64,000 nucleotides of DNA. It comes from Callorhinchus milii. Lineage: Eukaryota. A program made the translations under genes and the position numbers. The stretch's first letter is position 1; every line of letters starts with the position of its first letter. The DNA lies in NCBI RefSeq assembly GCF_018977255.1, contig NW_024704742.1, positions 47,618,001 to 47,682,000 on the forward strand, given 5' to 3'. Positions 61,008 through 64,000 of this stretch are shown here, piece by piece. The notes under the pieces are model-generated. The model saw nothing but the letters and a program-made list of their open reading frames with translations. It was not told where the DNA came from and ran no database searches.

Positions 61008-62539
61008 AAAACTTTTTTAAAGGGGCACTAAAAAAACACTTTGGGTAGTTACCATCTCCTAACACTACCCAGCAGCTCAAAATGAGAAAGAAAATCTATT
61101 AGCTCCACTGACTTACATAAAATTTATCACAGCAACAAATAATTAATAAAACGCAAAATACTGCAGATGCTGAAAATCTGAAATAAAAACAGAGATTGCT
61201 GGGAACACACAGCAGATCAGGCAGCATCTATGGAGGAAGGAAAGTGGGTCAATGTTTCAGGTCCATGGCCTTCTGTCAGAACTGGGGGATGTTGGGACCC
61301 TTTGTCAGAACTGGGGGATGTCCCAGCAATCTGAACAATTAATTAAAGTATTTGTATCAATGCATACTTGCATTTATGCAGTACCTTTCATGAAGGATGG
61401 TTACCTAGCAGTAAGTGGGAACCCGGTTGTTGGTCGATTGGGGGATCATTTTTCCAGGGGTAACAATCCCTTAAAAAAAGTAATAATAATTTGGCCACTC
61501 AATCCATGACTGTGGGACACTGCTGTGCGCAATTGGCTGCCGTGATTCGCCCACAAAATACACAGTCACTGCCCTTTACAGTATATTCTGTGAAGCGTTT
61601 TGAGATGTCTCAATGACATGATAAGGTGCTATATCAAATGCAAGGATTATTATTATGAAAATTGATTTGCTGGAGTATCTGGAGCCTGGTGAGGGGCGGG
61701 GAATAGGTTTGTGCAACCTGCTGCGGGAGAGATTATAAACTGAGTTTTATATAAGTTGGATCTTGTGGAAGCTGTACCTTTTGAGTTTGGAAAGGGAAAT
61801 ATTACAGATGTCTGAGCTGTTAAGATGACAAAGGTGTGGATAAATATTTTAACTGAAGGGAGTGCAGTAGAGGTGCAAGTAGACTTATGTCAGCAATAGA
61901 AATAAGCGTTTTGGTCAAGGACCAGAGCTGGGGACGAGCAAAATGTCAAGGTTATGCAGTGGCTCAGCTGGTCCACACGGAACAGTCAGGGAGATTGATG
62001 GAATTAGAGCCATAGGCATGATGGCACTGACTGTATGGCTTCTGTTTGGTTCACGTTCAACTAAAGTTGAGGCTCATCTGAAGTTAATAAAATCTCTGGA
62101 TGTTTAATCTGATACAGATTTTTATTTCACTTCCTGTTGTGCATTGATGGGAATGTCACACTTCCCAGACTAACTCCAGTTTGGTCAAAGTTGGCTTAAT
62201 CTTTGTCCCAGATCCAATATCAATCTCCAGCAATGATGATCCCAGTAGAATTGACCACTTATTTTTCTTAAATGCAAGAACATTTCATAAATTATTTCAA
62301 ATACAGTCTCCTTATCTATCCCAATAGAAGTTCTCAGGGTACAGGAACTTATCAGACTAATTTGCAATTTGTCATTCTTAACTCTGTTTAATGAGAGCAA
62401 GTGTAATCTATAATATAATATAACAAAATATAATAGTATGTAATCCTGTTCACTAATATGTTATGATTTAAAAACTATACAATATACTGCCAAAACCGGT
62501 TGAATTATATTAATCGTTTTCTAAACTGATATTTATTCT

Positions 62540-62760
62540 ACTTTCCCCACTCCCTGTAACTCCATCCTGGAGTCCCTTCGACTTGCTCCCTCTCTCACCT
62601 CTTTGAAGCCCTACCTCTGTGACTGCGCCTTCGATTATCTTTCCTTTCCCCACTCCTTCGGTTCTCACCCCCACCTCGAGTCCCAGGCCAGTATTGTTGA
62701 GCACTTTGGGACGTCCTCTTGACGTGAAAAGTCCTACATAAATGTAAATTTGTATTGTAA
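62540..62760 (+). mobile_element. L2 LINE 3' end
   Basis: ctctttgaagccctacctctgtgactgcgccttcg...gagcactttgggacgtcctcttgacgtgaaaagtcctacataaatgtaa. Confidence 0.7.
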
Positions 62761-64000
62761 AAGGTGTACATTTTCTAAAAGTGCAGGGAGTGCTGCAAGT
62801 TTCCATCCAGTTATAATTTGCAATCAATTTTGTGATTACTTTTGAGAGATTAACAATACTTTCAAAAATGTAAATTTTGGTACTTTAATCAACTGAGGTT
62901 TGAAAGTGACCATAAATTAAGATTAACTACAATATCTGGTACGTAAAATATACATGGGACAAGATAATTTTACTTGTATAGTAACTCATCAGAGATGAAG
63001 GGAATATTTGCAAACCAGAAGTGTATGTAAATGAAATTCTAGTTTGGTTTAAGGATGCTTTAAATGAAAAATTCCATGTTTATTCTTTGTTTCCCTGACA
63101 GTTTGAAGATCTTGTGTAAGAGATTAGTAAAAGGTGTTTGAAGATAAATAATTGCACATTTTAAAAATAAATGCTGTGTCCTGAGTATGTTTTCAATCTC
63201 ATTGCTGGTTTGGGTAGCAAGACTGCTTGACACAATTTAGACAGTTTTAACCCAAAACAATGTTCAATCATAAAAATGTCTAGCAATTTGGGTATCTTGA
63301 GATTTAAATGGTACTGAGTTGCAATTCCTAGTATAAAATAGATCTTGATTATATTGGTTTTAATCTGTTGCTGGATAATGGGTGGAATTTAAGATAACAT
63401 TTCTGTTTAATGATGTGCTTGCTTGTGGAAAACTCTAAAGGGTTGCCTTCTTTTCATTTTCTGTTCTTTGTTTTATTTATTTTATCAGTGTAAGTAAATC
63501 GCAAGTTTGTATGCATAAGAAAAGATGCATTTATGACGAGACAATACCTGATCTGTACTCTATGATGTTGAATGTACTGTGAGCTCTGGGGATGCAATTT
63601 CCAAGAGTGCATAAAATATTGTGTTGAATGTCTTCTTGTGATGAATTGCTTAATTAAAATGTTTTTACATAATTACTGGTCCTTCACTGTTGCTTGTATA
63701 GGACACGAATGTTCTGAATTAGAAATCTAATCTCTTTAGGGGGTGACTATGTGATCTGCCTAAAAACCCAGGATCTGTTTCTAACAAGATGATGTTAAAG
63801 GTTTATGAGATGATAACTGCAAGGAAATCTTTATTTGAAGATTAGACTGGAAAAAAATTTAACTGAGCAACATTCTTTCCTTCTGTAAATGAGCAATATT
63901 TTATACCTAATAATTTGATCATTTGACAATTATTAATAATAATCCTTACATTTAATATAGAACCTTATCGTGTCGTTGAGACGTCTCAAAGCGCTTCACA

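Noticed and set aside
1..64000. CRISPR array, operon or other prokaryotic/phage system
   Set aside because: No regularly spaced repeat-spacer array and no long intronless non-transposon ORFs; the sequence is spliceosomal vertebrate DNA.

Overview
AT-rich vertebrate genomic DNA. The repeat content (CR1 and L2 LINEs, Deu-domain and other tRNA-derived SINEs, palindromic shark-type elements) points to a cartilaginous fish; this is an inference. The window holds one protein-coding gene, KLHL5 (BTB-BACK-6xKelch CUL3 substrate adaptor), on the + strand as 11 coding exons from ATG 14932 to TGA 56925, all with GT-AG introns. As written the exons total 2129 nt, one base short of a 709-aa ORF, and homology places the missing base in exon 1 at about 15169-15171. 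This could be an assembly error or a real frameshift. A CpG-rich, motif-dense patch in intron 1 and a strong-Kozak ATG in exon 2 could produce a shorter isoform that avoids the lesion. The introns contain nested retroelements, a young chimeric SINE family, several long near-perfect hairpins, and palindromic elements with degenerate minimal-hammerhead-like cores. The 6.0-8.1 kb region looks like low-quality assembly. I found no prokaryotic features or CRISPR array, and no clearly demonstrable new system; the findings are leads. Comparisons to human KLHL5 and to repeat consensuses are from memory, not from a search, and repeat boundaries are approximate.
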